The notes: generated from the letters alone by a model not told the origin. 64,000 bases of DNA from Salpingoeca rosetta (GCA_033442325.1 JAWQFM010000007.1:1600225-1664224); one strand, 5' to 3'. Counted from the first letter of the stretch, positions 40,265-62,813 are shown. Made by a program: numbers and translations.

Positions 40265-42218
40265 ATGACCCAGATGAAGCCGACCACCAAACCAAGGCGC
40301 CGAAGCATCAGAGAGGTGAGCGCGCCCACGCCGGCCTGGTGTTGCCGCACAGACACAATAGGGGGGGGGGGAGAGTGTGTGTGTGTGTGTGAACATAACA
40401 CATGTGCGCGCCTGTCGACAAGTTCGTGTTGTTGCCACGCGAGTAGTCGCGGAGGTGGCGCCATCCAACTGCTGGATACTTTGTGGGCGCCATCATCTCT
40501 CTCTCTCTCTCTCTCTCTCCCTCTCTCCCTCTCTCCCTCTGTGACCACAATAACACATTCGCGCGTGCTCGTGTACGGCCCTGCGCGCGCTTTCTCATTT
40601 CCGCAATCGACTCTCTCTTCCCCATCTTGTTCAGGTGTTTGAGGCACGTCTTGGACGAAGCAGAACCACCGGCAGAAGAGCTAGCACAGGCAGCCACACC
40701 GGTCGCAGCAGCGATGGCGCGGACCACAACAACAACAGCCCCACCACCAACAACACTACCACCACCACCACCAACAACAACAACAACGACACCATCAACA
40801 ACGGCGTAACGAGGAGTGCAAGAAGAAGTACAAGCGACAGGAGTGATCGGCTAGGCATCGACAGGAATTGGCGCCAACCAGGCCCTCCCACAACCATAAC
40901 CACCAGCACCAGCACCAGCACCACAGGAAGAGCAACAGGCGTGCCAACAGCAGCAGCAGCAGCTGCTGCTGCTACAGAAAACACACAAGCTGCATTGGCA
41001 ACAACCCGGGCCTTGACAACCGAAGAAGGGGACTTGACCCCGAAACGTGCGCACATGTCTGTGTCTGCACTCTCCAGTCGGCCACGTCCACCGGCTCTCG
41101 CGCTTGTGCCGCTGGAGTTGACAACGCCGCGCCACAAGGTCCAGGCACGCATGCACCCCTTGCCCGGTTTGGGTGACAGCAGGCTCGCTGCGTCTCCTGC
41201 AAGTACACCAGCAACCACCCCAACACTAGGATCAGCTACCCCAGCAACCGTAACAGCAACAGAAGCAACAGTCGAAGCATCATCGGCAGTCGCATCATCA
41301 GCTTCATCGTCTTCAACGTCGACAGCAGCAGGAGCAGCAACAGCAACACCAGGCGCACGCTCGCAACACCACAAGATCACTGTCCGTATGGCTGATGCGT
41401 CCTTGCTCACCCGGCGCATGCGGTACAAGCGCAGCGTCAGCCTGGGCGATGTTCCGCTCGCCAGAGCACAGACACCAAAGCCCCTCTCGCTGCAGAACAA
41501 GCCTGGCCGTGTGACAAAGGCAAGCAGCGTCAGCACGGCCCAAGCTGCACCATCGCAGGTTTCGGGTGCCTCATTCAAGCCGTCGTCCTCCAATCCCGCC
41601 ACTGCCGCCACGACAGCCGCCGCTGCCAGCACGTCAGCAGGCAACCGCAGCGTGTTCTTTCCAACACCATCACCGTCTTCGACCTCGTCGCCGTCTGCAT
41701 CTCTATTGCCGTTTCCACTCAAGCAAGCGCCTTCGGCATCGTCCCATCGATCAACCACAACTCACACAGCAACCTTGTACCCGGTGGCCATCAAATTTCC
41801 TGAAGCCCAACAATGTGTGATTGGTGTTGTTGATTGGTTTTGCTGCGTCGCATACTTGGTGTGGTCGCGTCGGCACGTGTGTCTTCTACTTGTCGATATT
41901 TAGTGTACTGTGTCTCGTGGGCGCACTGGTATTGCTCACTCGCTGCTGTTGGCTTTGCATGTGTTGTGTGTGTGTGTGTGCATCCATGTGTGTGTGTATC
42001 CATGTGTGTGCATGTGCTGCAGACTATCGTGTGCTTGAGCAACGACTGGCCTCGTGCGAGGTGTCGATCAATGCTCTCAAGATGCAGCCTTGCATGCCTC
42101 CGCGCCTCCGCGCACGCGTGTTCCACTGGCTCGCCGATGTCTGCGATCGCGCGCGCATGACCCTCGACACACTCTTCTTCGCCATCACCTACTTTGACAC
42201 CTACTGCTCAGGTGCGTG

Positions 42219-42291
<73 letters not shown>

Positions 42292-43219
42292 CTGTTGGTG
42301 CACTTGTTGCTCACGCCTCACACGCCATTCCTGCTGCACGCGAATGTGCATGTGTTCAGTGCGCCATGGTGCCGTGACGGTCGCCAACATGCAGCTGCTG
42401 GCCTGCGCCTGCCTGCGCCTTGCCGCCAAGATTGAGGTGCGATTTCTGTCGCAGTGGTATTACCACTGCGCATGCTCGCTACACCCTCCCGGGGGGGGGA
42501 GAGAGAGAGAGTGTGTGTGTGTGTGTGTGTGTGTTTGTGTGACAGTGAAGAGCACTCATCAACACGGTGTCAAACGTGCGCACTCACGTATCCATGCGCT
42601 TGCATTTGTACACACATACACTCAAACAAACACATACACATACACTCACACTCACACACGTGCGTCAAATAGGAGACGCGTGTGCCGTCGCTGCGTCTGC
42701 TATCGCGCCTGACAGATGGCGCCTGTCAGCCAACGGGCATTGCGCAATTTGAGCTTGACCTTGCTGCGGTGTTGAAATGGCGTTTGATCCGCAGCACCCC
42801 GCTGCACTGGACCCGTTTCTTCATTGGCGTGGCCCTCGGTGACCCTTCCACGCTAGTGGGCAGCGCCCCGAGCTGTGTCGACCCGGCCTGGCTCTTCCGC
42901 TCCTGCCAGGTAGAGGGTGTGGGTGTGTGGGTGTGTGAAGGTGTGTGTGTGTGTGTGTGTGAAGGCAGGTGTGAACGTGTGTGCATGTGTGTACATACAC
43001 ATGCGTGTGAACCAGAGGGAATGGCATCGGTTCTTCCCTTCTCACCTCTTCCACCTCCACCTCCGACTGCTGCGCGATACGTGAACAGGTGCTGCAGCTG
43101 GCCATGTCCGATGCGTGGGCGCTGCGCTTTGATGCGCGCCAGATGGCCGCCGCCGCCGTCCTCCTCTCCGCCACCCGCCCCATCGACATCCTCGCCGTCA
43201 CAGGTAGAGAGAGAGAGAG

Positions 43220-43256
<37 letters not shown>

Positions 43257-44391
43257 CTGTGTGTGTGTGTGCCTGTGTGTATGTGTGTATGTGTGTATGT
43301 GTGTATGTGTGTGTGTGTGTCGATATCACCTCGCACCGTCGCCCTCATCACTCATGCTCGCATCATGCCCGCACGCTGCACATGATACCCTTCCTTGCTT
43401 GTGCACGGTTGCAGGGCTTGACAAGTGCGCCTTGAGGACGTGTTTGCGCTGGATGCACTGCTTTGCACGTGTCATCAGTGAACAGGAGGCGTTTCCTTCC
43501 ACCCTCACCCGCGTCCTGGTGCGACACCGCAATCCCCGCACATGCTCACTGGTCTCCGTGTTGCGCACTGTGCGCATGTGTGCACTCTGTGTGTGTGCGT
43601 GCGTGTGTGTGTGTGTGTGTGTGCGTGTGTGTGCGTGTGTGCGTGCGTGCGTGTGTGCGTGTGTGCGTGTGTGCGTGTGTGTGTGTGTGTGACACGTGAC
43701 TGCAAGCCTTTCCCCTCACATGTTTGTGTTTCTGTTGTGCTTGTCAGGATGAGCCAGGGCGCGTGCACTGCGTCACTTGGATCAGCACTGCCACAACCCT
43801 CCGCAAGGTGTGCGTGTGTGTGTGTGTGTGTGTGTAAGAGTGGGTGGGTGCAGGGCAAGTAGTGAGCGCTCTGACTCACCTTGTATCACGCCCTCCTTCA
43901 CACAGGCACAGGCCCTTGTGAAGACTGCGTTTCGGCAAGAGCCGCAGGCTTGTCCGCCCGCCAACAGCAGGGAGCCTGGTCTGCCGACAACCAGCACAGT
44001 ACTCGTCAGAAGCACGCCTCCAGTCAAGCGCGTCGCTGCGTGCGGTGTTGTTGGCGGTGGGGATGGCGCTGCCAACAGTGCGCTTGACGAAGAGGTGCAG
44101 GCTGCTTTCAGCCAACCGGACGCGAGCGAGGAAGGTGTGGGCGTGGCAGCGACAGCATCGGCGGTCTCGACAGCACCTGCGCGCGCCATCGCAGTTGGTT
44201 TCTGCCATGATGGAAGCAGTTGTGGGGCAAGTGGCCTCAAGCAACGAGGGGCGCTGGTGAGACAGCGTGCCAGTGCCCTGAGCAGCACAGCGAGCAGCAG
44301 CGCCAGCAGCGACAACGAAGGCGATGATGATGAAGACGACGACACGGATGATGACGACGCACTGCTGGTTCGCGCTGCAGGTTCACACTGA
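40265..44391 (+). CDS. Cyclin E-like protein with long S/T-rich N-terminus (multi-exon)
   Basis: Cyclin box 'RLRARVFHWLADVCD...TLFFAITYFDTY...MQLLACACLRLAAKIE|E...LTDGAC...ELDLAAVLKWRL...TPLHW'. 'TDGAC' and 'LKWRL' are cyclin E hallmarks. Confidence 0.8.
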
Positions 44392-44910
44392 CGCCAGAAT
44401 ACTGCCCGTCATGTGTGTGTGTGTGTGTGTGTGTCAACGTGTGTGTGTGCGTGTCCTTCCTTGCACATGCATCGCTTTGCACGTGTGCGTGTGTGTGTGT
44501 GTGTCTGCGTATGCGCGTGCTCGCCACTTGGCTCCAAGCAAACAATGTCTAACATAAAATAAAGTACAGATCTATTGAACTGAACACGACAACTTGCTGT
44601 ATTGGGATCAATATGAGAATGATACACGGCTTGTGGCACTCACATCAGTGCGCATACACTCAAGCAGAAAGAAGTTAACGAAGTAACAACAAGGGGTTTA
44701 TTGTAATTCCGTTACACACACACTGACGGGGGCTCACCTTGATGTCCCCAAGTTCCCCAAAACGCTCATCCCACAAATATAAAGCACAAACGCCGCGCTG
44801 AAGAGCACGGGCACAAACACACAAATAGACAAACACACGAACAGACACAGACTCGCAAACAAACCCCCACAAACGCACGCAAAGCATAATAAGCCTTCTC
44901 TTCTTCAATC

Positions 44911-45123
44911 CTATGCGTCTTCTTCAAGGTCGCGGTTGCTTCGTCGCTGCCATGCAGGGGGTTGGCTCGTGTCCTCCAGCATCTTGTCCTTTCGAAAGTA
45001 CTCCTCCGCCTGTGTTCCGAGAAACCCAATGAGGATGGTCCCTGGCAGCAACAGTACCTTTGTTGCCCGCGTCACTACCACCCGCAGCGGTCCGACGGCC
45101 CCCAGCACTCGAATCCACCACAT
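44911..45123 (-). CDS. SMIM12: Small integral membrane protein 12-like (UPF0767), single exon, 70 aa
   Basis: 'MWW...LLLPGTILIGFLGTQAEEYFR...PAWQRRSNRDLEE' follows the SMIM12 pattern 'MW...P.A.V.G.IG...E...R...ERR..R.L'. Confidence 0.65.
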   Translation of the reverse strand: MWWIRVLGAVGPLRVVVTRATKVLLLPGTILIGFLGTQAEEYFRKDKMLEDTSQPPAWQRRSNRDLEEDA

Positions 45124-45471
45124 TGTTAGGTGTGTGTATGTGTGTGAGTGTTACGTGTGCGTGTGTGTGTGTGTGTTACGTGTGTGTGTTTGTGAGTGAA
45201 TGTGTGAGAGAAAGAGACAGAGACAGAGAACGGGAGGGAGAGCGAGAGGGAGAGAGGGAGAGAGGGAGAGAGGGAGAGAGGGAGAGAGGGAGGAGAGGGG
45301 GTGCGCGATATTGTGTGTGTGTGTGTGTGTGCGTGTGTGTGTGCAGAGGCAGTCCAGCCAGTCGTTCGTTTGTTGTCTTGTGCCTTCTTGCTTGTCGCAA
45401 CAGCCAGCAACCAGTCGCGGTTGTAGAAAATTATAGCGACATGCCCCCAGTTTTCTCCAAACAAGACGACG

Positions 45472-47145
45472 ATGATGATCTCGGAGGTGCGCGCCGCCCA
45501 CTGCTTGAACAACATGACTTGAACCAACATCCATGACGACACGCATCACCACCATGACAACACGCATGCATCATGTGCCCTAACCGCAGTGCCAAGAACA
45601 CTCGTGACATTCATGCACACGTGCATAGAGCCGTCTTGTTACGCTGTTTTTCTCACGCAAATGCATGCAACTGCCTCGTTCAGAATGGGCTGGAGGAAGA
45701 GCAGTCATACCCAGACGACACTCCCGCGCCAGTGGTGCTGAGGCGCAGGGTGGAGGACGACTTTATTGTGGATTGGGCACACCCGCTCGGTGCCGGGCGT
45801 AACGTCGTCACTTGCCGCCACCGGCGAACACACGAGGTGGCTTGCTGACACGACAAAGTGTGGGAGCGGGATGTGATGCTTGTGGGATGATGCAAGCGTG
45901 AGCTGACGTTTACGTCACATCACAGCCACTCAACACCCTTGCTGTCGTGACAATGAGCAGCGAGGGCGTTGTCTTAGCATCGCGAGTGAAGAGCGTCTAC
46001 TGCTGCAGCTTCTCACTCACTCACGTGTGCTCATTCATGTTGCTTGGCACACCACTCTGACACTGCAGCTCGGGGTCCTCAAGTATATGCCCAAATCGGA
46101 CGTGAGCTTGCACGAAATCTTCATGCTCCACTACTGCACCGTGCACTGTCCTGACCACGTGACGCGGCTCATTGCTGCCTATGAGAACGACGTATACTTT
46201 GCTGACAACCCGCACAAGCCAGTTCGTTTTCACCTCATCATTCTCGAGTACATGAACGGTGGCACACTATTTGACCACGCTCGACAGCTCGGCTTTCAGT
46301 ACACAGAACGCGTTGTCAGGTGTGTATGCGAATGTGAATGTGTGTGTGCACATGTGTGACTGTGTGATTGTGTGCGTGTGTGTGTGCTTGTGGGTGGACA
46401 CGTGTGATTTTGTGCACATGTGCGTGTGTGTTTGTGTAAATGTGAACGTGCGTTGTGCGTGTGCGTGTGTGATTGTGTGTGATTGTGTGTGATTGTGTGT
46501 GATTGTGTGCGTGTGTGTGTGCTTGTGGGTGGACACGTGTGATTGTGTGTTTGCGTGCTGCGTGGCATCCTCGCGTGTGAGAGCATCTCTCCTTCCATGT
46601 CTCGCAATGCCTCTCGTTCTTTCTCTCGCTCCCCCCCTCGAAGTACACATCGGGTCACAGCTCTCAAATACGTCCACGGCTTCTTCACGCCTGTGGGCTG
46701 CTCACGTCATTCTTTTCCTGTCGCACCTTCGACGCCCAACTATCCTCAATTGCAGCAACCTGTTTCGTCAGGTTGTTGAGTGCGTGGATAAAATACACTC
46801 CTTGAACATCGCCCACCGGTCAGTGCTCATATCATGGCAAGCATGTTGCTCACCCAACGCATCTCGTGAACGCGGCGCCTCCCCTCTGCTTACTGTGCGT
46901 GTTATTACATACGCACACACTGACCTCTGCCACCCTGCCTACATTGCCGGCCACTGGCTCGCTGCACGCTCCCAACAGTGACATCAAACCCGAGAACGTG
47001 CTGTTGTGCCATGATGGCGACGCAACACGCGTCAAGCTCACCGACATGGCCTTTGCACACTTCGACCGCGGGCACAGCATGGCCAGCGAGTGTGGTCAGT
47101 TGTGGGCACATGCGTATGTGAAAGCATGTGTGTGTGTGTGCATGG

Positions 47146-47197
<52 letters not shown>

Positions 47198-47599
47198 GTG
47201 ATGCGAAATAATCGTCCGTGTGACCGTTTGCACTGCTACGCTCCCCTGAAATGTCCCTACTTGCTCTGCCGAACCGAACCTGCTCTGCTCTTTCTGCCCA
47301 TACCTTCAACCCTGCCCCTTCGCCTCCACACCAACACACCACACCGCGTGCTGCACATGCAGGCACGCCCGAGTATCAGGCGCCGGAAACACAGATTGAT
47401 CACCCGCGCGTGAGTCGACGTGGCGGCTTCTACACAAAGGCGTGCGACATCTGGTCTCTCGGTTCGTTGCGCGAATGGGCATGTTGGCTTCTATGTTCCC
47501 TGTTTTTATGTCATGGGACGTTCAGTCTCACACATTGTGAGCGTCCTATTCGCATCCCTCCGTCTATCCCTCTCTCTCTTTGTCACACACACACACACA

Positions 47600-47633
<34 letters not shown>

Positions 47634-47996
47634 ATCCCCCCTCTCTCTCTATCCCTCTGTCTTTGTCTCTCACTCACTCACTCTCTCGCTCATCTCGTGT
47701 CGCTCATCTCCAAGCATTGCCCATTGTCACCCGGTGACGACCGTATTGTGCTCACTGCACCACATGTTTTTCACAGGCGTGACGCTGTATGTGCTGCTCT
47801 CCGGCACGTTCCCATTCCAGGGGCAGGACGTGCACTCCAAACTGATACAGGTGTGTGTCGGTGGTGATTTCTTGGACCCATAACACACTCACACCAGACA
47901 AATAGCAGCACCACATGGCAAACGTTCACTTCCTTCATCCACACACACACACACACACGCACGCAAACACACACACACACACGCGCAAACACACAC

Positions 47997-48072
<76 letters not shown>

Positions 48073-49404
48073 GCACGCACCAACACCAACACCAACACCA
48101 ACAACATGCCCCGCCTTCAATAAACGCATGCGTGCTCTTCTGGTCTTCGTGTCTGTCTCATCGCTTTTGCAAGGATTATTCGTTCCCACCGGAGGCGTGG
48201 GATGATGTGAGCCAGCGTGCACAGGCGTTCACGTCAACGCTGCTCTGTGCACCGCCGCGACTGCGCCCGACAACTGCACGGCTGCTCGACCACCCCTGGC
48301 TTTGCGATCCTGACACCCTCAACAACGCCACGCTCAGGTGCGCAGTTGTCCCGCTGTTCACGTTCTGTGTTGATTCTATTGCTTTGTAGCCAAGCAGCCA
48401 CCGATATCACAAACTACATGCACGTCGACACATATACAGACACACACAGGCCCACACGCACGCACGCATGCATGCACGCACGCATCCGCACCTTGCACAC
48501 GTTCGTGCGTTCACCCCACCCCATTCATGCACGTGCTTTGCAGTGCTGTTGAGCGCCTCGGCGCACCGCTGAGACGGCCGAGCATTTGGAGAGAGGAGCA
48601 AGGGCAAGGCGAGGGCGGTGCGTTGGTTGGAGACGCGCGTGTTGCCAGGGGTGATGACGATGGTGGCGATGATGGTGATGCTCATCATGTGAATGAGTGT
48701 AGTGAAGGTGGTGATAGTGGCGATGGTGGCATTACGCAGCGGAGACAGCAGCGACGTCGAACGCTTCATACCCCAAAGGCGCCATTCGTCACCATGGCAG
48801 CAAGCACTGTACGTTGTGTTTGTGTGTGGTGTGTGCGTGTTTGTTTGTTTGTTCGTGTGTTTGTGTTTGTGTGTGTGTGTGTGTGTGTCTACTTGTTCGT
48901 TTGTGCATTTTTTGTTCTCGTTTGCTTGTTTGTTTGTTTGTGTTTGTTTGTTTGGCTGGCTGGTTGGTTGAGTGCGCGTCACCGATCGCATATCGCCACG
49001 TGTGTGAGTGGTCCCGTATTGCTTTCGCCAACCGAATGTGCGCTTTGCGTCATGCGTTCGACAGCAACCGCCCTCCCGCCAATCGTCACAAGACCGCCTC
49101 AGTCTGCCAGCAAAGTGCGTTGCTCATTTTGCTCCTCGCGTGTCGTCATGCTGTGCTGTGATGTGCGTTGTGGGATATGCTGTTGTTTGCTGCCAAGCTG
49201 TGATCTTTGCGTGCATCCCTCCACTCACACACATGAACATCTTTGTCGTGCAGATCACGGGCTGCCCAAGTTGCGCGTGAAGCGAGTGTTGGCACCATGC
49301 ACACAAACTCCCACGTCATCGACACGACACTGGTGGGGGCAAGTGGAAGAAGCAACAGGGCGCTTCTGCAACACACACGTGCATGTTATCATGCGTTTCT
49401 CTAG
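45472..49404 (+). CDS. MAPKAPK5 (PRAK)-like CAMK-group kinase, atypical (multi-exon; 3' end uncertain)
   Basis: '[16 protein letters not shown]', 'VLK', '[13 protein letters not shown]', 'LNIAHR|DIKPENVL', '[14 protein letters not shown]', 'GTPEYQAPE', '[11 protein letters not shown]|[13 protein letters not shown]', '[12 protein letters not shown]', 'LLDHPWL'. Confidence 0.85.
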
Positions 49405-50247
49405 GTGCCGCCTTCACATATGCACACACACACACGCACTCACTCACTCACTAACGCACACGCACACACATGCACACGCTCATGCTGGCAGGTTGATACG
49501 TGTGATTTCTGGGAGTCGCCCGTCACGACCGCGTCTATTGACGAATGAAGCTTTGGTGACTTGTATTCCTTTGTCATCTCGTGGGGGTGTCTGCTCGACG
49601 TTAACCGTTCTGTAACCGACGCCACGCGCACGCATAAACGTACACACATCGGTGCGTGGAGGTGAAGATAGAAGCAAGGCAGGGAATTCAACCACACACA
49701 GGCACACACGCACACACACACACACACGCACTTCTGTGTCAAATCGTTCACCATCACGTGTTCCGCTCATCTGGATTGTTTAGACAGAGGGTGTTGCTAG
49801 CATGAAAGCAGAAAGGGGCGCTGGGAGAGGGCAAATACGCACACGCACGAAAGTGCGGTCAGGATATGCAAGGACAACAAGAAGCAGCAGCAACAGCACA
49901 AGTGCAAGGAAGAACTCAAGATGGCGAGAGGCGAGAAGGAAGCCGAGGCGGCCAGGGCTGATACGAGCAAGCCTGAAGAAACTGGCTGAAAATGGAGAAC
50001 CCCATTTCAAATCAGCGCTGGTGATGGACCAAACAACCAACCAACCAGCCAACTAAAGCCACAACACATCAAATCACGCACGCAGAGCGGTTGAGAAAGC
50101 GGTGGAGCAAAGCAGGAAGCAGAAGGAGAGAAAAGATGAAAGAGGCGGGGATGGGGCGAGACGCGTTCACGCATATCCCTTCCCCACGTGCGTCTCTCCC
50201 TTTGTTGGGCTTCATCGGCAGTTCGTGTGGAGACAAAAGAGGATCAG

Positions 50248-51652
50248 TTAGGCCTGCTGCTCGCTTTGACCATCGCCTGAACTGGCGGGAGACGAGGGCG
50301 ATGAGTGCTGTGCTGCGTCGCATATGGACGATGTGCCACAATGGGGGCACACGCGAGGCTGGTCCAGCTGCTGTTCCAGCTGACGTACCCGCGCCGTCAA
50401 CAGCTCAACCTCTGTCAAGTGTGCGTGTGTGCGTTCCATTGTGTTGTGTTAATGGGCAGTTGCTCGCTTGTGGGAAGAAAGCACGCGCGAGACAGGGGGG
50501 GGGAGAGAGAGACAGAGAGAGAGACAGAGAGACAGAGAGACAGAGAGAGAGACAGAGACAGAGAGAGACAGAGAGACAGAGAGACAGAGAGAGAGAGAGA
50601 GAGGACGCATGGACGCGCAGTATGCTTCGGTGAACGCCACCATCGACAGCAATGTCAGCAGCGTCATGATGCACGGCTGCACACTTACTCTGTTCGTACT
50701 GCTTGAGCAGACGCTCTCGCTCTTCCATCTCCTGCTTCTTCTTAATCCGGCATTTACGCACTGCCTCGTTGTTCCGCGCGCGCTTGAGGCGGTAGGCCTC
50801 CTCTGCAGCCGTATGTGACGGCACCTGTGTTTTACGCCTTCGATTCGCCTTGGACGAGCTGCCCGTGGGTGGTGTTGCAGAGGTGGTGGCAGAAGAGGTG
50901 GCCACGTCTTGGGTTGGCGTGGCGGGCTCTGCAGGGGAGACGGACGGTCCGGGCGAGTTTGATGGATTCGAGATGGGCTTGACGCCCTCAACGCAAGGGT
51001 CCGGCATTGGTGCCGTTGCTGCAGTGGATGCAGTGGCGGTACCGGCGTCAACGGTGGCTGTTGTTGTTGTTGCTGTTGTTGTTGCCGTCGTCGCCATCCG
51101 ATTTGAACGCTTTGAAGCACCGCGCGCTGCCCGCGGCGCCCGCTTTGCACGGCGGCCATCGCGCTTGTGCGGTTTGCTCGACTTGGACGCCATTGTCTCA
51201 GCAGGGGTGGTCGACGGCTGCTGCTGCTGTGGCTGTGGCTGCTGCTGCTGCTGTGGCTGTGGCTGCTGCTGTTGCATGGATTGCCAGTGGTGCAGGTACT
51301 GGAGATGGTGAAGGTACGACGCTGCCTGCGCATCAAGTTGAAGCCCAGCTGCGGCCATATGCGGGGGATAGGCCTGGCCCATGAAGCCAGGCTGTGACAC
51401 CAAGTTCTGGTGGGGCGGCAGGGAAGACATCATCTTCGTTGAGGTTGGTCCGAGGCCAACAGGAACCGCCTGGGCTGGCGCGGGTGCGTGGTGGTGGTGT
51501 TTGGGTGGTTGGGGTGTCGACGCAGTTCCAACCTGAGGTGCCACACGGGCCTGGTGTGCTACCTTGGCCATCTCAAGCAGGGCACCCGCAGTGTCGTAAT
51601 CACACGCAGACGGTGCCGCTGTCGTTGTTGTGACGGTGACAGCCGTTGACAT
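50248..51652 (-). CDS. C/EBP-like bZIP transcription factor (2 exons)
   Basis: Basic region 'EAYRLKRARNNEAVRKCRIKKK'; the zipper continues across the intron: 'LLKQYEQ|KVELLTARVRQLEQQL'. Confidence 0.88.
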
Positions 51653-51921
51653 GCTGTTGCTGCTTGTATGTAGTGCTGTTGTTCAGAAGAGAAGGTGAAG
51701 GTGGCAAAGCAGGTAATGCTTGAAGAATGGATGCTTCGCTGGCAAGGGGTTGCGCGGTGGCTGCTGCGCGGTGGTGGTAATGCGTGAGGGCGTGAACGTT
51801 GGCTCGTGTCGTAAGTGCTGTGGCTGCTGCTGTTGGGTGTTGTTGTTGCAGCGATCTTCGCGCTGATGACACAACACGCAGAATGTGTGAATTTGGGTGG
51901 ATTGCGACACTCTTCGCCACG

Positions 51922-51941
51922 ATTGCACAATGATTTCCCGC
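51922..51941. promoter_or_regulatory. Adjacent C/EBP-type (ATTGCACAAT) and E2F-type (TTTCCCGC) motifs upstream of the bZIP gene
   Basis: Exact motifs at 51922-51931 and 51934-51941, ~270 bp upstream of the ATG. Confidence 0.45.
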
Positions 51942-51978
51942 CGCGCAACTTTCAAACGCTTGTCAAAGTTTTGGTTGG

Positions 51979-52074
<96 letters not shown>

Positions 52075-52406
52075 GTGTGTGTGTGAGTGCGTGTTTGTTT
52101 GTTTGTTTTGTGCATGTGTTTGCTTGTTTGGAGTCTCACATCACCTCTTCTCTCACCAAGTCTCAGAAGTCTCTCTCACATCACTCTACACTACTACATA
52201 TCACCAATCCACACACTCACACACTCACACACACTCTCTCATTCATTGCTTTGCTCATTGTATTCTCGACGCTTGGACAAGTGCTGCCATCACCCTTCCT
52301 TAGCGCAGCAACGCAGCAAAAGACATCCCCGTCTTGGTGCCATGCAATGTGTAATGCAATGTAATGTACTTGTAACGTCAACAACAAAATGTAATAACGG
52401 GCACGC

Positions 52407-58778
<6,372 letters not shown>

Positions 58779-58847
58779 CTTCGTTGGTGGTCTTGTGTCT
58801 TCGTGTCTGTTTTGTGTGTGGTGTGTGTGTGTGCGTGCGTGCGTGTG

Positions 58848-58903
<56 letters not shown>

Positions 58904-59346
58904 GTGTGTGTGTGTGTGCGTGCGTGTGTGTGTGTGCGTGTGTGTGTTGTTGTTATTGTTGTTGTTTTTGATGTTGATGTGTATGTTGTGTGTGTGCGTG
59001 CGTTGTGTGTGTGTGTCAGTGGCAGGCAAGCGTCACACTGTTTACACGCTTCGTGCGATCAATATGTCGCACGCATCATCACATCGCGTCCATTAGAAAG
59101 CAGGCAAGAAACAAAGGGAGCAAAGGAAGCATTGTTGCTGCTGAGCACCATGCATGCATGGCAGTCACAGAATCGAGGAGCCACGACCGATCACAGACGT
59201 CCACGTGGTAGTGTCACACCCACGCACAGATAAACGCATATCGCACCACTTGAACGCCCATTCGCATCGCGATTCCCGCCCTCACACACACACGCACACA
59301 CACACACGCACATCTACACACACACGCACACATGTATTCTTGTGGA

Positions 59347-61524
<2,178 letters not shown>

Positions 61525-61598
61525 CGCCGCGTTGTCGTGGAAGAAGAAGAAGAAGAAGAAGAAGAAGAAGAAGAAGAAGAGAATAGTGTGCGCCCAAA

Positions 61599-61716
<118 letters not shown>

Positions 61717-61724
61717 GAGGCACG

Positions 61725-62747
61725 ATGGCTGGTGGACTGCATGGACTGTTAGCGCTGGCGGTGATGGGTGGCACGCTGGCACTGACCACGTATGGGCTGC
61801 TGTGGTGGCAAGGGTTGCTGACGGCGGCTGTGGTCGCTTCGCTCTTTGTGCACTTGGATGTGCTGTACTTTGTACGAACGCTGTCGCTCTTCATCGGGCA
61901 CGCACTCAACACTGCCCCACCATGCGGTACGCGTCGACGCGCGCATATGCGCCTGCTTTGTACAACTACCGACTTGTCCAACTACTTGCTCGCCTTTATT
62001 TGGCTTACAGCCTCTACACGCTGTGCTATTGTAGTGCACCCACTCACACGCACACACACACACACTCACACGCACACACTCACACGTACACACACACACA
62101 CACACTATCACACACATGTGCACACACACACACTCACACACACTATCACACACACACACACACACACATGTGCACACACACGCACACACACACACATCGT
62201 CCCCATGCTCCCCCTGTTCCAACGCAGACCTCTTTGAGACAGTGAACCTGCCAGGTCGACTCTGGCTCACTGATCTCGACTGGAACGTGAGTTGTTGGTG
62301 GTGCTCGGCTACTTGCGCTTCCTCATCAGTGTGCGTGCAATGCACTTGCGATCCCATGTCTCGGACACACACTTGCCACCCGCCTTTCTACCACCTCACA
62401 TGGTGTACATGTCCTTGACGAACCGGTTGGACTTGTGGCTCTTCCCCGCTCCCTCCCTTAACTTGACTCCAGCTTCACATGAACAACGCTCGCGTACGTT
62501 GACATGCGGGTGCGCGCATGGACCTGTATGTGTTGCCTGCATGATGGCAGTACGAGGTGGCTGCCCTATCTCAGCGTCACCTCCCACTTTGTTAACGGTC
62601 TGGATTGCCTTGCACCACCACCACCACCACCACCACCGTTACCCCCACTCACTCAACACAGTACCCTCGGGAATGTGACATCGCCCGTTACAACCTCTGG
62701 AAGCACAACGGGGTGTTTGATGCCCTGAAGAAGCTCGGCGTGAGTTC

Positions 62748-62813
<66 letters not shown>

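Noticed and set aside
46361-46550. ~50-bp direct duplication in a kinase intron
   Set aside because: Local slippage in GT-rich sequence, with no sign of function.
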